DNA from: Gemmatimonadales bacterium
Lineage (GTDB): Bacteria; Gemmatimonadota; Gemmatimonadetes; Gemmatimonadales; GWC2-71-9
Assembly: GCA_050183505.1 (NCBI GenBank)
Contig: JBFXBG010000001.1
Location: forward strand, 10,104 to 74,103
Direction of reading: 5' to 3'
DNA: 64,000 nucleotides
Part shown: positions 26,586-35,794 of the stretch, in pieces
Position numbering within the stretch: position 1 is the stretch's first letter
Layout: each line of letters begins with the position of its first letter
The notes under the pieces: generated by a model
The model's database searches: none
Told to the model about the DNA's origin: nothing
What the model saw: only the letters and a program-made list of their open reading frames with translations
Made by a program: the position numbers and the translations under genes

Positions 26586-27252
26586 CGTCCTCTTCCAGCC
26601 GGGCGTGGCGACCGCCCTTGCCGTTGCCCCGTGCATGCACGTGCAGCTGGAGCCGCTCCTCCAGGTCCGCGATCAGGACGGGAAGGACCCGGATCAGGGT
26701 ACGGACCCGTTCCCGGGTCGAACGCAGGGAGAGCAGGCCCAGCTTGGCGTCGAGGTCGAGCTGCAGTGCCGCGGACACCTGGAACGAGAGGCTCCGGGCA
26801 TCATCCGGGAAATCGATCTCGGGTGGAGGAGAGTCGTTGAGGGAGTGGAGAGCTTCGAGATAGCCGGTGCAGAGACGGCGCAGCTCGGCCTGGGCCTCGT
26901 CTGGGAGACCGCGCTCGTCGTCGTCGTGGATTTCTCCGATCCGGCCCACCAGGTAGGGCACATCTTCGTCCAGGTACTCCTCGAGGATGAAGCGGCTCTC
27001 ACCCGTGACCACGATGTTGGAGCGTCCGTCGGCCAGCGTCTGGCTGGCCCGGATGTGGGCCACGCACCCGATGGCGCCGGGGGGCGGGCGGTCTTCCTGC
27101 CCGTCCACGACCGGAACGATGCCGAACCGCTCGTCTCCGGCCAGACAATCTGCCAGCATGGTGCGGTAGCGCGGCTCGAAGACGTGCAGCGGCATCGGGG
27201 CGCCGGGGAACAGCACCACCTTGAGGGGAAACAGCGGCAGACGGCGGGGCAT
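26578..27252 (-). CDS. Lon protease N-terminal (substrate-binding) domain protein
   Basis: LPLFPL..VLFPG..PLHVFEPRY and DGRSNI motifs; no ATPase domain. Confidence 0.9.
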   Translation of the reverse strand: MPRRLPLFPLKVVLFPGAPMPLHVFEPRYRTMLADCLAGDERFGIVPVVDGQEDRPPPGAIGCVAHIRASQTLADGRSNIVVTGESRFILEEYLDEDVPYLVGRIGEIHDDDERGLPDEAQAELRRLCTGYLEALHSLNDSPPPEIDFPDDARSLSFQVSAALQLDLDAKLGLLSLRSTRERVRTLIRVLPVLIADLEERLQLHVHARGNGKGGRHARLEEDDG

Positions 27253-27263
27253 GGGGGGAAGAT

Positions 27264-27376
27264 AGTCGAGAGGTCGAGAGGTCGAGAAGTCGAGAAGTCG
27301 ATGGCCCCTCGACTCCTTGACCTCTCGACCCCTCGACCCCTCAACCCCTCGACCTCTCGACTCCTCGACCTCTCGA
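27264..27376. repeat. Inverted octamer repeats (GTCGAGAG)n/(CCTCTCGA)n
   Basis: About 5 purine-rich copies followed by about 8 complementary copies; can form a long hairpin. Confidence 0.85.
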
Positions 27377-27385
27377 CGTCTGCCC

Positions 27386-28279
27386 CTACGCCGCCACCCA
27401 GAATCCTCGCAGGCCTTTCACATCGGGCGATTCACGCAGCTTCTCGAAGGCGCGTTCCCGGATCTGACGGATCCGCTCGCGGGTCACGCCGAGGAGCTCG
27501 CCGATCTTCTCCAGGGTGAGGGCCTCGGAGCCTTCGTCAAGACCATAGTAGAGGTAGAGGATCTTGCGTTCCCGCGGGGTGAGATACCGTTCGAAGATCC
27601 GATCGATGAACTCGCGCATGAGCCGGGCGTCGGTGCGCTCCTCGATCTCGCCGCTGCCGAGTCCGGCGAACCGCTCGCCCAGCGTGGTGGAGCCCTTCTC
27701 CCCCCGTTCGATCGGCGCATCGAGCGAGAGCTCGGTGGCGGTCATGCGCCGGGCGGCCCGGATGTTCTCCACCGTGTCGTTGAGCGCGGTGGCGATCTCC
27801 TTGTCGGTCGGTTCGCGTCCCAGCTCCTGAGACAGGAAAGTCTCGGTGCGGGACATCTTGATGAGGGCGGAATTCTGATTCAACGGGATGCGGACGCTGC
27901 GGGTCTGCTCGGCCAGGGCCTTGAGAACTGCCTGGCGGACCCACCATACGGCATAGGAGATGAACTTCACGCCGTGCGCCGGATCGAATTTCTTGACCGC
28001 CTTGAGCAGCCCTTCATTGCCGATGGCGACCAACTCGCCCAGATCGAGCCCGTGCCCCTGGTACTTCTTCACATAGGAGATCACGAACCGGAGATTGGCC
28101 GTCACCAGGCGTTCCGCCGCGGCGGTGTCCCCGCGCATGGCGCGCTTGGCGAGCCGGACCTCTTCGGCCTGGTCGGTGATCATGGGGAGACGCTGGATGT
28201 CCTGGAGATACTGGTCGAAGGCACTGGTGGGCGCGGGACGCGACAAGGGCCGAGCCTTGGTTCTGCTCATTTGAGCCAT
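27386..28279 (-). CDS. RpoD/SigA-family sigma70 factor lacking region 1.1
   Basis: YLQDI (1.2), LVTANLRFVIS, GNEGLLKAVKKFDP, KFISYAVWWVRQ and LGVTRERIRQI motifs. Confidence 0.92.
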   Translation of the reverse strand: MAQMSRTKARPLSRPAPTSAFDQYLQDIQRLPMITDQAEEVRLAKRAMRGDTAAAERLVTANLRFVISYVKKYQGHGLDLGELVAIGNEGLLKAVKKFDPAHGVKFISYAVWWVRQAVLKALAEQTRSVRIPLNQNSALIKMSRTETFLSQELGREPTDKEIATALNDTVENIRAARRMTATELSLDAPIERGEKGSTTLGERFAGLGSGEIEERTDARLMREFIDRIFERYLTPRERKILYLYYGLDEGSEALTLEKIGELLGVTRERIRQIRERAFEKLRESPDVKGLRGFWVAA

Positions 28280-28349
28280 AACCAACCCCGAAAATGTTGG
28301 TGCAGATGTTCTGGCGAGAGACGCCGAGCGAGGGATAAAACGGCGCGCC

Positions 28350-28378
28350 AATATAGGGAACTTCGGAGGGGCGGTCAA
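28350..28378 (-). promoter_or_regulatory. Sigma70 promoter of the sigma factor gene
   Basis: Minus strand TTGACC-N17-TATATT. Confidence 0.65.
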
Positions 28379-28552
28379 GAAAAATCAGTTGTCCACATCA
28401 CAAATCCTTTCTGCCCATCAGGTTTGATGGTTTCTCCACCATGGGGCATCTCATGGGGATAACTTCGGCCGGCATGGTCTCCGTAAGCTGATACCGCAGA
28501 ATGGTTTATGGGAATGTTTACGGCGTGGATGCTTCCCGGTGGATATGTGGGA

Positions 28553-29641
28553 CTACATCTCACGCATCAGGGTCGCAACAACTTCGGGATCGACGCCGAC
28601 GGTCCAGGCGCCGCTCCGCCGGTGCATGCGTCCGGGGGCTTCCGGCAGGGAAAAACGGATGGCACCGGCCCGGTTTTTCTTGTCGTGCCGGATGGCTTCG
28701 GTGGCGGCCCCGCGATCCAGGCCGGCGGGCGGGTGCACCGGCAGGCCCAGCGAAATGAGGATGTTCTCCACTCGCTCCGCCACGCCTGGGTCGGCCAGCC
28801 TCAGCTTCGCGGCGAGCCGGCATTCGGCGACCAGACCGATCGCCACGGCTTCGCCATGGGACAGGCTGAACCCGCTGGCGGATTCCAGTCCATGAGCGAC
28901 GGTGTGGCCCGCGTTGAGGATGGCGCGCTCGCCGCTTTCCAGTTCGTCCCGCTGAACGACCGCGGCCTTGAGCTCGATGCTGCGCCGCACCAGGTGGAGC
29001 ACGGCCGCGGGGGAGCGGGCCAGGATCGCACCGGCATTGGCCTCGATCCACGCCAGGTACTCCGCGTCCTGGGTCAGGCCGTGCTTGACGGTCTCGGCGA
29101 GACCGGCCCGGTACTGCGCCTCGGGCAGAGTCTCCAGCGCATGCGGATCGGTGATGACCGCCGCGGGAGGATGAAACGCCCCGACCAGGTTCTTGCCCCG
29201 GGGTGTGTCGACGCCGACCTTGCCGCCGACCGACGCGTCCACCATGGCCAGCAGGGAAGTCGGGATCTGCACGAACGGCACGCCCCGCATGTAGGTCGCC
29301 GCCACGAACCCGGCCAGATCTCCGATCATGCCTCCACCCAGCGCGATGATCGCGGTTTCCCGACCGAAGCCGAGCTCCAGGAGGCGGTCGGTCAGATCCC
29401 CCCAGGTCTTGCGCGTCTTGAAGGCTTCCCCGGCAGGCGTGACGAGACGTTCCCGCCAAGCCATGGGGCCGCGGAGCCAGGTGCTCGAGGCGAGATCGAC
29501 ATTCTGATCGGTGATGAGGGCGAAGTCCCGGCCAGGCAGCACCGCCTCCAGCCGGGTCCGCAGGGTGTCGAGCCCGCCCGGGGAGAGGTCAATCTGGTAG
29601 GTCCCGATCCGGTGAACGACCGGAATGCCCTGCCCGCTCAC
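28553..29641 (-). CDS. aroB: 3-dehydroquinate synthase
   Basis: GEAFK, GGGMIGDLAGF, PTSLLAMVDASVGGK and LNAGHTVAHGLE motifs. Confidence 0.95.
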   Translation of the reverse strand: MSGQGIPVVHRIGTYQIDLSPGGLDTLRTRLEAVLPGRDFALITDQNVDLASSTWLRGPMAWRERLVTPAGEAFKTRKTWGDLTDRLLELGFGRETAIIALGGGMIGDLAGFVAATYMRGVPFVQIPTSLLAMVDASVGGKVGVDTPRGKNLVGAFHPPAAVITDPHALETLPEAQYRAGLAETVKHGLTQDAEYLAWIEANAGAILARSPAAVLHLVRRSIELKAAVVQRDELESGERAILNAGHTVAHGLESASGFSLSHGEAVAIGLVAECRLAAKLRLADPGVAERVENILISLGLPVHPPAGLDRGAATEAIRHDKKNRAGAIRFSLPEAPGRMHRRSGAWTVGVDPEVVATLMREM

Positions 29642-30183
29642 CAGGTCACATCCCCGGAGCCGTCCCGGTGGTTGGCCAGTCGCGCCAGGGCGAAGAGGAG
29701 ATCGGACAGCCGGTTGAGATAGACCAGGAACAGCTCGGGGACCGGTGCCTCGCGCGCAAGGCGGACCACACTGCGCTCGGCGCGGCGGCAGACGGTTCGG
29801 GCGAGGTGCAGGGCGGTGGCCCGCGGCGTGCCGGCCGGCAGGACGAAGGCCCGCAGTGGAGGAAGCTCGCGGTCCATCTCATCGATGGCCCGTTCGAACT
29901 CCTCGATCCGCGCCGGAGAGAGTTCGGCTTTCTCCAGCGCCTTCCGCACCTTCTCCGGGTCCGGCGTGGCGAGATGCCCGCCGATGGAGAAGAGATCCCG
30001 CTGAATGGACTGCAGCAGCGGATCGAACGTGTCCTCCGGCGCGGTGGCCCGGACCACGCCGATCGCGGAGTTCAACTCGTCGACGTCTCCGTAGGCGGCG
30101 ACCCGGGGGTGGTCCTTCGGCACGCGCCCGCCGCCGAAGAGGCCGGTTTCGCCGGAGTCACCGGTTCTGGTGTAGATCTTCAT
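29638..30183 (-). CDS. PduO-type cob(I)alamin adenosyltransferase
   Basis: MKIYTRTGDSGET, YGDVDELNS, ARTVCRRAER and YLNRLSD motifs. Confidence 0.93.
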   Translation of the reverse strand: MKIYTRTGDSGETGLFGGGRVPKDHPRVAAYGDVDELNSAIGVVRATAPEDTFDPLLQSIQRDLFSIGGHLATPDPEKVRKALEKAELSPARIEEFERAIDEMDRELPPLRAFVLPAGTPRATALHLARTVCRRAERSVVRLAREAPVPELFLVYLNRLSDLLFALARLANHRDGSGDVTW

Positions 30184-30203
30184 GGTGAGGAAAGTAACTA
30201 CGA

Positions 30204-30281
30204 GACGGCCGGGACGGCCGGGACGGCCAGGGACGGCCTTTTTCACCACGGAGTCACTGAGAACACGGAGGGATCACGGAG
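30204..30281. repeat. (GACGGCCGG)n followed by a CAC[G/T]GAG 9-10-nt periodic repeat
   Basis: gacggccgggacggccgggacggccagggacggcc, then caccacggagtcactgagaacacggagggatcacggag. Confidence 0.65.
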
Positions 30282-30408
30282 CGATGCCCATGGGTGAGGT
30301 CCTGGGCGTGGAAGGCGCACAAGCCCGAAGGCGGCACGCCGTTCAACCGTTGAGGCTCTGTGTACGCTTGGCTCCGGGGTGGAAACACTCACGGCCCGCC
30401 TGCCCGCC

Positions 30409-31518
30409 CTACCCCACGCACGCCCCCTGCGCCTCGGCCGCGGCGACGATCACATTTCCCGACGGATCGATTGCGCCCCACAGGACGTTGCCATCGGGGT
30501 CGGTCTGCTCCATCCAGAGATAGTCGCGGCTGTAGGCGAAGCCGCTGACGGCCTGCAGCCGGCGCCAGTACAGCGCCCGCCAGCCCGACCGCGGCTGAAC
30601 CCGGTCCCGGGTCAGGTCGAGGAGGGTCGGCACGAAGACCACCTGCTGCCAGCTGCCGGTGCTGTCCCACACCATGACCGTGGCGGCCAGGACCGGTTCC
30701 TTCCGCGCCGTGATCCGCCGGGCCCGAAGGGCGACCGCATAGCGCAGGCGACCGCCCTGAACCCGGAACGGCACCACATCCACCGAGCCGATGTCGAAGA
30801 GGGTATTGACGAAGAGCCGCTCGTGCAGCGGCCGGGTGAGCGGACGCGCATCGGTGGCCAGCCGGGACTCGATGGTGGAGTCCATGGCATGGCTGGTCCA
30901 GGCGATGAGCGAATCGGTGAGGGCCGGTCCCGGTGGGGCCGGATCGGTGCGGTCCACTCCGTTCGATCCCTCCGATGCCAACCGGAACGACCCCACGACG
31001 GGACCGAGGAGCGACGGGGTGTCCCGTGAGGCCGGTGCCTCCACGATGAGTTCCGCCTGGGCGCCCCGCCAGCCGCACTGGCTGCCGCGCAGCAGGACGG
31101 CCGCGAGGGCGACCCGGGTGTGTCCCGAGGGCGCGCCCACCAGCAGCGCCCGCCCGGTGGCGGGGCCGAGCCGGGAGGGGTCGATGGTGACGATCCCGGC
31201 GCGGGCGAGCGAGCCCCAGACATCGTTGCGCCGGATGGCATCCGGGCGATAGCGCCGCGCGAGCTCCGCGATGAGACCGGTGTCGCTCGAGATGAGGTGC
31301 ACCGCGCGGGCCGTTCCTTCCCCCACGAAGCTTCCCCGGACCCAGCCGGTCGAGTCGATCCGGGCGTCGCTCGCGACCGTGAAGCGGCTGAGCGGCGCCG
31401 GCGGCCGCTCGGTGAAGAGGTCGTTGAGCAGTGAGGCGGCGGCCTGGCAGCCGGCGAGGGAGACGGCCAGGATGGTCAGGACGGCCGGGACGGCCCGGGG
31501 GCGGAAGAGTCGGGGCAT
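30409..31518 (-). CDS. Hypothetical lipoprotein
   Basis: MPRLFRP...VSLAG-C lipobox; 369 aa; no recognisable catalytic motif. Confidence 0.7.
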   Translation of the reverse strand: MPRLFRPRAVPAVLTILAVSLAGCQAAASLLNDLFTERPPAPLSRFTVASDARIDSTGWVRGSFVGEGTARAVHLISSDTGLIAELARRYRPDAIRRNDVWGSLARAGIVTIDPSRLGPATGRALLVGAPSGHTRVALAAVLLRGSQCGWRGAQAELIVEAPASRDTPSLLGPVVGSFRLASEGSNGVDRTDPAPPGPALTDSLIAWTSHAMDSTIESRLATDARPLTRPLHERLFVNTLFDIGSVDVVPFRVQGGRLRYAVALRARRITARKEPVLAATVMVWDSTGSWQQVVFVPTLLDLTRDRVQPRSGWRALYWRRLQAVSGFAYSRDYLWMEQTDPDGNVLWGAIDPSGNVIVAAAEAQGACVG

Positions 31519-31624
31519 GATGCCAATGTCGGGCCCGGCCGCGTGTGGCGCCAGTGTGCGGGCTGCGGGTACGTCGAGGGCGGGTATATTACGCTCCGAC
31601 TCCACCTCGATCAGGGCAGGATCC

Positions 31625-32656
31625 GTGACTGCTGACGACATCAAGGACATCACGATCATCGGAGCGGGGCCCACCGGGCTCTTCGGCGCGTTCTACGCCG
31701 GGATGCGGGGCGCCTCGTGCCGCCTGGTGGACGCGCTTCCCGAGGTGGGCGGCCAGCTGCAGGCGCTCTACCCGGAGAAGTACATCTTCGACGTCGCCGG
31801 ATATCCCAAGGTGCTGGCCAAGGATCTGGTCCGGAACCTCGCGGCCCAGGGGCTCCAGTTCGGCGCCACGACTCACCTGGGCCATGTGGTCACCGGGCTT
31901 TCCCGGGTGGACGAGCCGGAAGGTGTCGGCCGCTTCCTGCTGGAGACCGAACAGGGCGAAGTCTATCCCTCCCGGACCGTGATCATCGCCGCCGGCATCG
32001 GGGCGTTCGAGCCGCGGCTGCTGCCGGTGGAAGGCGTGGAACGATTCCAGGACCGGGGCCTCCACTATTCCGTGCTCGACCCGCAGCGATTCGCCGGCAA
32101 GCGGGTGCTGCTGGTCGGCGGCGGCGACTCGGCGTTCGACTGGGCGGTGAACCTGCAGGGCATTGCCCGATCCATCGCGCTGATCCACCGGCGGGACGGA
32201 TTCCGGGCCCACGCCGCGACCGTGCGCCAGGTCGAGGAACTGGCCCGGGCCGGGCGCTGCGATTTCCGGACGTTCTGGGAGGTGAAGGCGGTTCACGGGG
32301 AAGAACAGGTGACCGGGGCCGTCATCTTCAACAACAGGACGAAAGCCGAGGAGGCTCTCGAGCTGGATGCCATCATCCCGCTGCTGGGATTCCACTCGGA
32401 CCTGGGCGCCATCAAGGAATGGGGGCTCGACAGCACCAAGGGGGAGATCGCGGTGAACCAGCTGATGGAAACGAACGTCCCCGGCATCTACGCGGCCGGG
32501 GACATCGTGACCTATCCGGGGAAGCTCAAGCTGATCGCCACCGGGGTGGCCGAGGTCTGCACGGCGGTGAACAACGCGGTGCACTACATCGATCCGAAGA
32601 AGAAAGTCAATCCGGGGCACAGCTCCAACATGGCGCTCTTCGGCCAGAGCGAGTAG
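31625..32656 (+). CDS. TrxB-fold ferredoxin--NADP+ reductase (YumC-like)
   Basis: IIGAGPTG, GGQL.ALYPEKYIFDV, GGGDSAFD, YAAGDI..YPGKLKLI and HSS motifs; no CxxC. Confidence 0.9.
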   Translation: MTADDIKDITIIGAGPTGLFGAFYAGMRGASCRLVDALPEVGGQLQALYPEKYIFDVAGYPKVLAKDLVRNLAAQGLQFGATTHLGHVVTGLSRVDEPEGVGRFLLETEQGEVYPSRTVIIAAGIGAFEPRLLPVEGVERFQDRGLHYSVLDPQRFAGKRVLLVGGGDSAFDWAVNLQGIARSIALIHRRDGFRAHAATVRQVEELARAGRCDFRTFWEVKAVHGEEQVTGAVIFNNRTKAEEALELDAIIPLLGFHSDLGAIKEWGLDSTKGEIAVNQLMETNVPGIYAAGDIVTYPGKLKLIATGVAEVCTAVNNAVHYIDPKKKVNPGHSSNMALFGQSE

Positions 32657-32660
32657 CGCC

Positions 32661-33161
32661 TCAGAGCAGCTTCGGCCGCAGGAAGAACCGCAGCATCCCG
32701 CTGCCCGACTGGGGTCCGCCGGTCTCGATCCCCAGAACCCCGCTCTTGGGGTAATCGATCACCAGCCGGTGCGGCTCCCCGGTGAGCAGGATCGACGCCA
32801 GGGTACTGAGCCAGGGCTCGTGTCCCACCAGCGCGACGATACGGGCCTCGTCGAGGCCTTCGAAGTCCTGCCGCAACGCATCGAGGTCGGGTTCCCGCGC
32901 CAGCGACGGCGCCGGCCTGGGTTTGATCTTCTTCTTCGTCTTTCCGGCGAATTCCCGGCTCATGATCTGCGCCGTCTGCCAGGCCCGTTTGAACGGGCTC
33001 GACAGGATCGCGTCGGGCACCAGCTTGCGCTTCCGCAGCAGGCGGCTCACCCCGGCATGGGTCTCGCGCCCTTTCTTGACGAGGGGCCGCAGCGCGTCGT
33101 CGGGGTACTTCACCGAATCATGCTCGGCGGCGGTGGCGTGACGAACGAGGAGGAGGAGCAT
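32661..33161 (-). CDS. sixA: SixA-like phosphohistidine phosphatase
   Basis: VRHA, DALRPL..KG, SSPFKRAWQTA and VGHEP motifs. Confidence 0.85.
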   Translation of the reverse strand: MLLLLVRHATAAEHDSVKYPDDALRPLVKKGRETHAGVSRLLRKRKLVPDAILSSPFKRAWQTAQIMSREFAGKTKKKIKPRPAPSLAREPDLDALRQDFEGLDEARIVALVGHEPWLSTLASILLTGEPHRLVIDYPKSGVLGIETGGPQSGSGMLRFFLRPKLL

Positions 33162-33169
33162 GATGAGTT

Positions 33170-33255
33170 CAGTGAGAAGGGAGAAGTGAGAAGTGAGAAG
33201 GAGAACGGGAAGATCGGGCTTCTGGGGACCCCTTCTTCCTTCTGACTTCTTACCT
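33170..33255. repeat. Inverted heptamer repeats (GTGAGAA)n/(CTTCTNA)n
   Basis: gtgagaagggagaagtgagaagtgagaaggagaa ... ccttcttccttctgacttcttac. Confidence 0.65.
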
Positions 33256-34761
33256 CCTGCCCAGTTCCACCACCACGCTGTCGATCCGGGCGATCACGTC
33301 CCGTCCCCGCAGGGCGTGGTGGTTCGCCTGGACCGAGAACGTGAGGAACCGGCCGTCGGGCCGGTCGATGAATCCCGAGATGGTGTTCACCCGGGAGATC
33401 GATCCGGTCTTGGCCCGCACCCGGCCGGCGAGCGGGGTGTCCCGGAAGCGCAGGCGGAGTGACCCCGGGAGCCCGGCCTGCGGCAGCCCCGGGGCAAAGG
33501 TGTCCCAGCCCCGGTGCGACCGGATATAGCGCAGGATCATGGTAAAGGCCAGCGGGCTCACGAGATTGGTGCTGGACAGGCCGGATCCGTCGCTCAGACT
33601 GAACTGGGTGGAGTCGATGCCGATCGAGTCGATCAGGAAGCGCCGTTCGATGCGGAGCCCCTCCCGCCAGGATCCGGCCGTGCCGAAGACGCGGCCTACC
33701 TGCTTGAGCAGAATCTCGGCGAAGGTATTCTGACTGGTATTGAGGATCGGGAAGATCCAGTCCCGCAGAGGACGGGATTCGACCTCCGCCAGCGGTGGCC
33801 GGGCCCGGAGATACTGATACTCCAGCGAGTCGGTCGTGGAACGGGTCGCTCCCATGACCGCGATCCCTTCCTCTCCCAGTACCGCCCGCAGCATCTGGGC
33901 GGCGTAGAGCGCCGGGTCCGGCATGGCGAAGTACTCGGTGTTCCCCCGGCTGTCGGCGGCGACGGTGCCTTCGGCGCGGATATGCAGCGTGCCGGGATCG
34001 CGGAAGAAGTCGATGTCGTCGTCGCTCCCCGCCGCGACCGTCCGGGTCCGGTTCTCCAGCGTCACTCCGTCGGGAAGAGGCGTCAGGCTGATGACGGCGG
34101 GCGCGCCCACCTGCGGGCCCGGTCCCCAGGTGATGTCCACCGAGTTGTCGTTGAACGCCAGGCCGCTCACCGGCGCGGCATACCACCAGTTGAGATCGTA
34201 ACTCTCCCATCCGGGATGCACGGTGGTGGGTTCGAAGTAGCTGCCGTCGCCCACCAGATCTCCCGAGACCGCCATGATCCCGGCCTGTTTCAGGGTCCGC
34301 GCCATGCTGCGGAACCGGGCCAGGAGATCGCGATCGCAGGCGCCGGCCGCCGTCGTGTCGATGGCGTAGCAGCGGTTGCTGAAGGTCGGATCCCCCCGGC
34401 CGTAGAGGACCAGGTCTCCCTGCAGGATGCCGTCGACCACCGCCCCGCCGTAGAGACTGGTCCGGACGGTCCAGTCGCCCGGAAGCAGGGACGCGGCCAC
34501 GGCGGTCACCACCAGCTTGGTATTGCTCGCGGGAATGAACAGCCGCTCCTGGTTACGCCCGTAGCGCAGCCGGCCGTTCTCATCCACCAGCGCCACGCCC
34601 CAGAGCTGGCGGTTGAACGGCGCCGCATCGAGCCGGCGATCGACCCGGCTGCGGAGGGACTGGGCGTGGCCCGGAACGGCCGGGACGGCCAGGGCGACGA
34701 CCACGGCCAGGGCGGCCAGGGCGGCCGGCCGGGGGAGGCGAGCTTCAGTCATAGGCGACAC
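33250..34761 (-). CDS. dacB: D-alanyl-D-alanine carboxypeptidase/endopeptidase PBP4 (S13)
   Basis: PASNTK (SxxK), GRGDP, SQN, DGSGLS and AKTGS motifs. Confidence 0.93.
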   Translation of the reverse strand: MSPMTEARLPRPAALAALAVVVALAVPAVPGHAQSLRSRVDRRLDAAPFNRQLWGVALVDENGRLRYGRNQERLFIPASNTKLVVTAVAASLLPGDWTVRTSLYGGAVVDGILQGDLVLYGRGDPTFSNRCYAIDTTAAGACDRDLLARFRSMARTLKQAGIMAVSGDLVGDGSYFEPTTVHPGWESYDLNWWYAAPVSGLAFNDNSVDITWGPGPQVGAPAVISLTPLPDGVTLENRTRTVAAGSDDDIDFFRDPGTLHIRAEGTVAADSRGNTEYFAMPDPALYAAQMLRAVLGEEGIAVMGATRSTTDSLEYQYLRARPPLAEVESRPLRDWIFPILNTSQNTFAEILLKQVGRVFGTAGSWREGLRIERRFLIDSIGIDSTQFSLSDGSGLSSTNLVSPLAFTMILRYIRSHRGWDTFAPGLPQAGLPGSLRLRFRDTPLAGRVRAKTGSISRVNTISGFIDRPDGRFLTFSVQANHHALRGRDVIARIDSVVVELGRR

Positions 34762-35665
34762 GGGGATCTACCTTCGCGTAAACGAGATCAGTGACGAGGT
34801 TCACCAGCACGAAGACCACGCTCAGGACCAGGATGGCGCCCTGGACGGCGGGCAGGTCCCGTTTCTCGATGGCGGTGAGCACGTAGCGTCCGACGCCGGG
34901 CCAGGAGAAGATCGTCTCGGTGAGAATGGATCCGGTCAGGTAGCTGCCGAAATCGAGGCCCAGTACCGTGACTACCGGCAGCAGGGCGTTGCGGAGCGCA
35001 TGCCCCAGCACCACGCCGGGGGCGCCCAGGCCCTTGGCCCAGGCGGTCCGGATGAAGTCGCTGCGCAGCATCTCCTGCATGGCGGAGCGGGTCATCCGGG
35101 CCAGGATCGCCACCGAACGCATGCCCAGCGTAATGGCGGGCAGCACCAGATAGATGAATCCTCCGTAGCCCGACGGGGGAAACCAGCGGAGCCCGACGGC
35201 GAAGATCAGGATCAGGATGAGCCCGACCCAGTACACCGGGAAGGAGACGCCGAGGTAGGCCCCCAGCGTGGCCGAACGATCCAGCCAGGAAGTCGGCCGC
35301 CAGGCGCCGTAGACCCCGACCGCGATGCCGGTGAGGGTCGCGAAGATCATCGCCGCCAGCGCCAGCTGCAGGGTAGCGGGGAAGCGCTCGCGCAGATCCT
35401 GGGCGATGGGGCGGCCGGTGATGTAGGAATGGCCAAGATCGCCCTGCACCACGCCGCTCACGTAGTGGACGAACTGGGTCGGCAGCGGGTCGTCCAGCCG
35501 CAGTTCCGCCCGCAGCCGCGCGATCGTCTCCGCATCCGCCCGCTCTCCGACCATGGCCTGCACCGGGTCGCCCGGGGCCACATAGAGCAGCAGAAAGGCC
35601 ACGGCCAGCACCCCGGCGAGTGTCGGGATGACGAGGAGGAAGCGGCGGATGATGAATGAGACCAT
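34745..35665 (-). CDS. Peptide/nickel ABC transporter permease (OppB/DppB)
   Basis: APGDP, GDLGHS, EAA loop DFIRTAWAKG, HALRNALLP and ETIFSWPGVG motifs. Confidence 0.93.
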   Translation of the reverse strand: MVSFIIRRFLLVIPTLAGVLAVAFLLLYVAPGDPVQAMVGERADAETIARLRAELRLDDPLPTQFVHYVSGVVQGDLGHSYITGRPIAQDLRERFPATLQLALAAMIFATLTGIAVGVYGAWRPTSWLDRSATLGAYLGVSFPVYWVGLILILIFAVGLRWFPPSGYGGFIYLVLPAITLGMRSVAILARMTRSAMQEMLRSDFIRTAWAKGLGAPGVVLGHALRNALLPVVTVLGLDFGSYLTGSILTETIFSWPGVGRYVLTAIEKRDLPAVQGAILVLSVVFVLVNLVTDLVYAKVDPRVAYD

Positions 35666-35683
35666 GCCGGGGCGTCAGGACCT

Positions 35684-35794
35684 GGATGATTGGCGATTGG
35701 ATGATTGTACCGCACTCGAGCTCGCAGCGGGCGGCCACCCTCCCGGGTGCCTCGGGCCAGACCCGATCATCCAATCACCAATCATCCGATCATC
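35684..35794. repeat. Inverted octamer repeats (GGATGATT)n/(AATCATCC)n
   Basis: ggatgattggcgattggatgattg ... gatcatccaatcaccaatcatccgatcatcca. Confidence 0.75.

Noticed and set aside
28280-28550. Replication origin
   Set aside because: There are only two imperfect DnaA boxes, no clear AT-rich unwinding element, and no dnaA/dnaN nearby.
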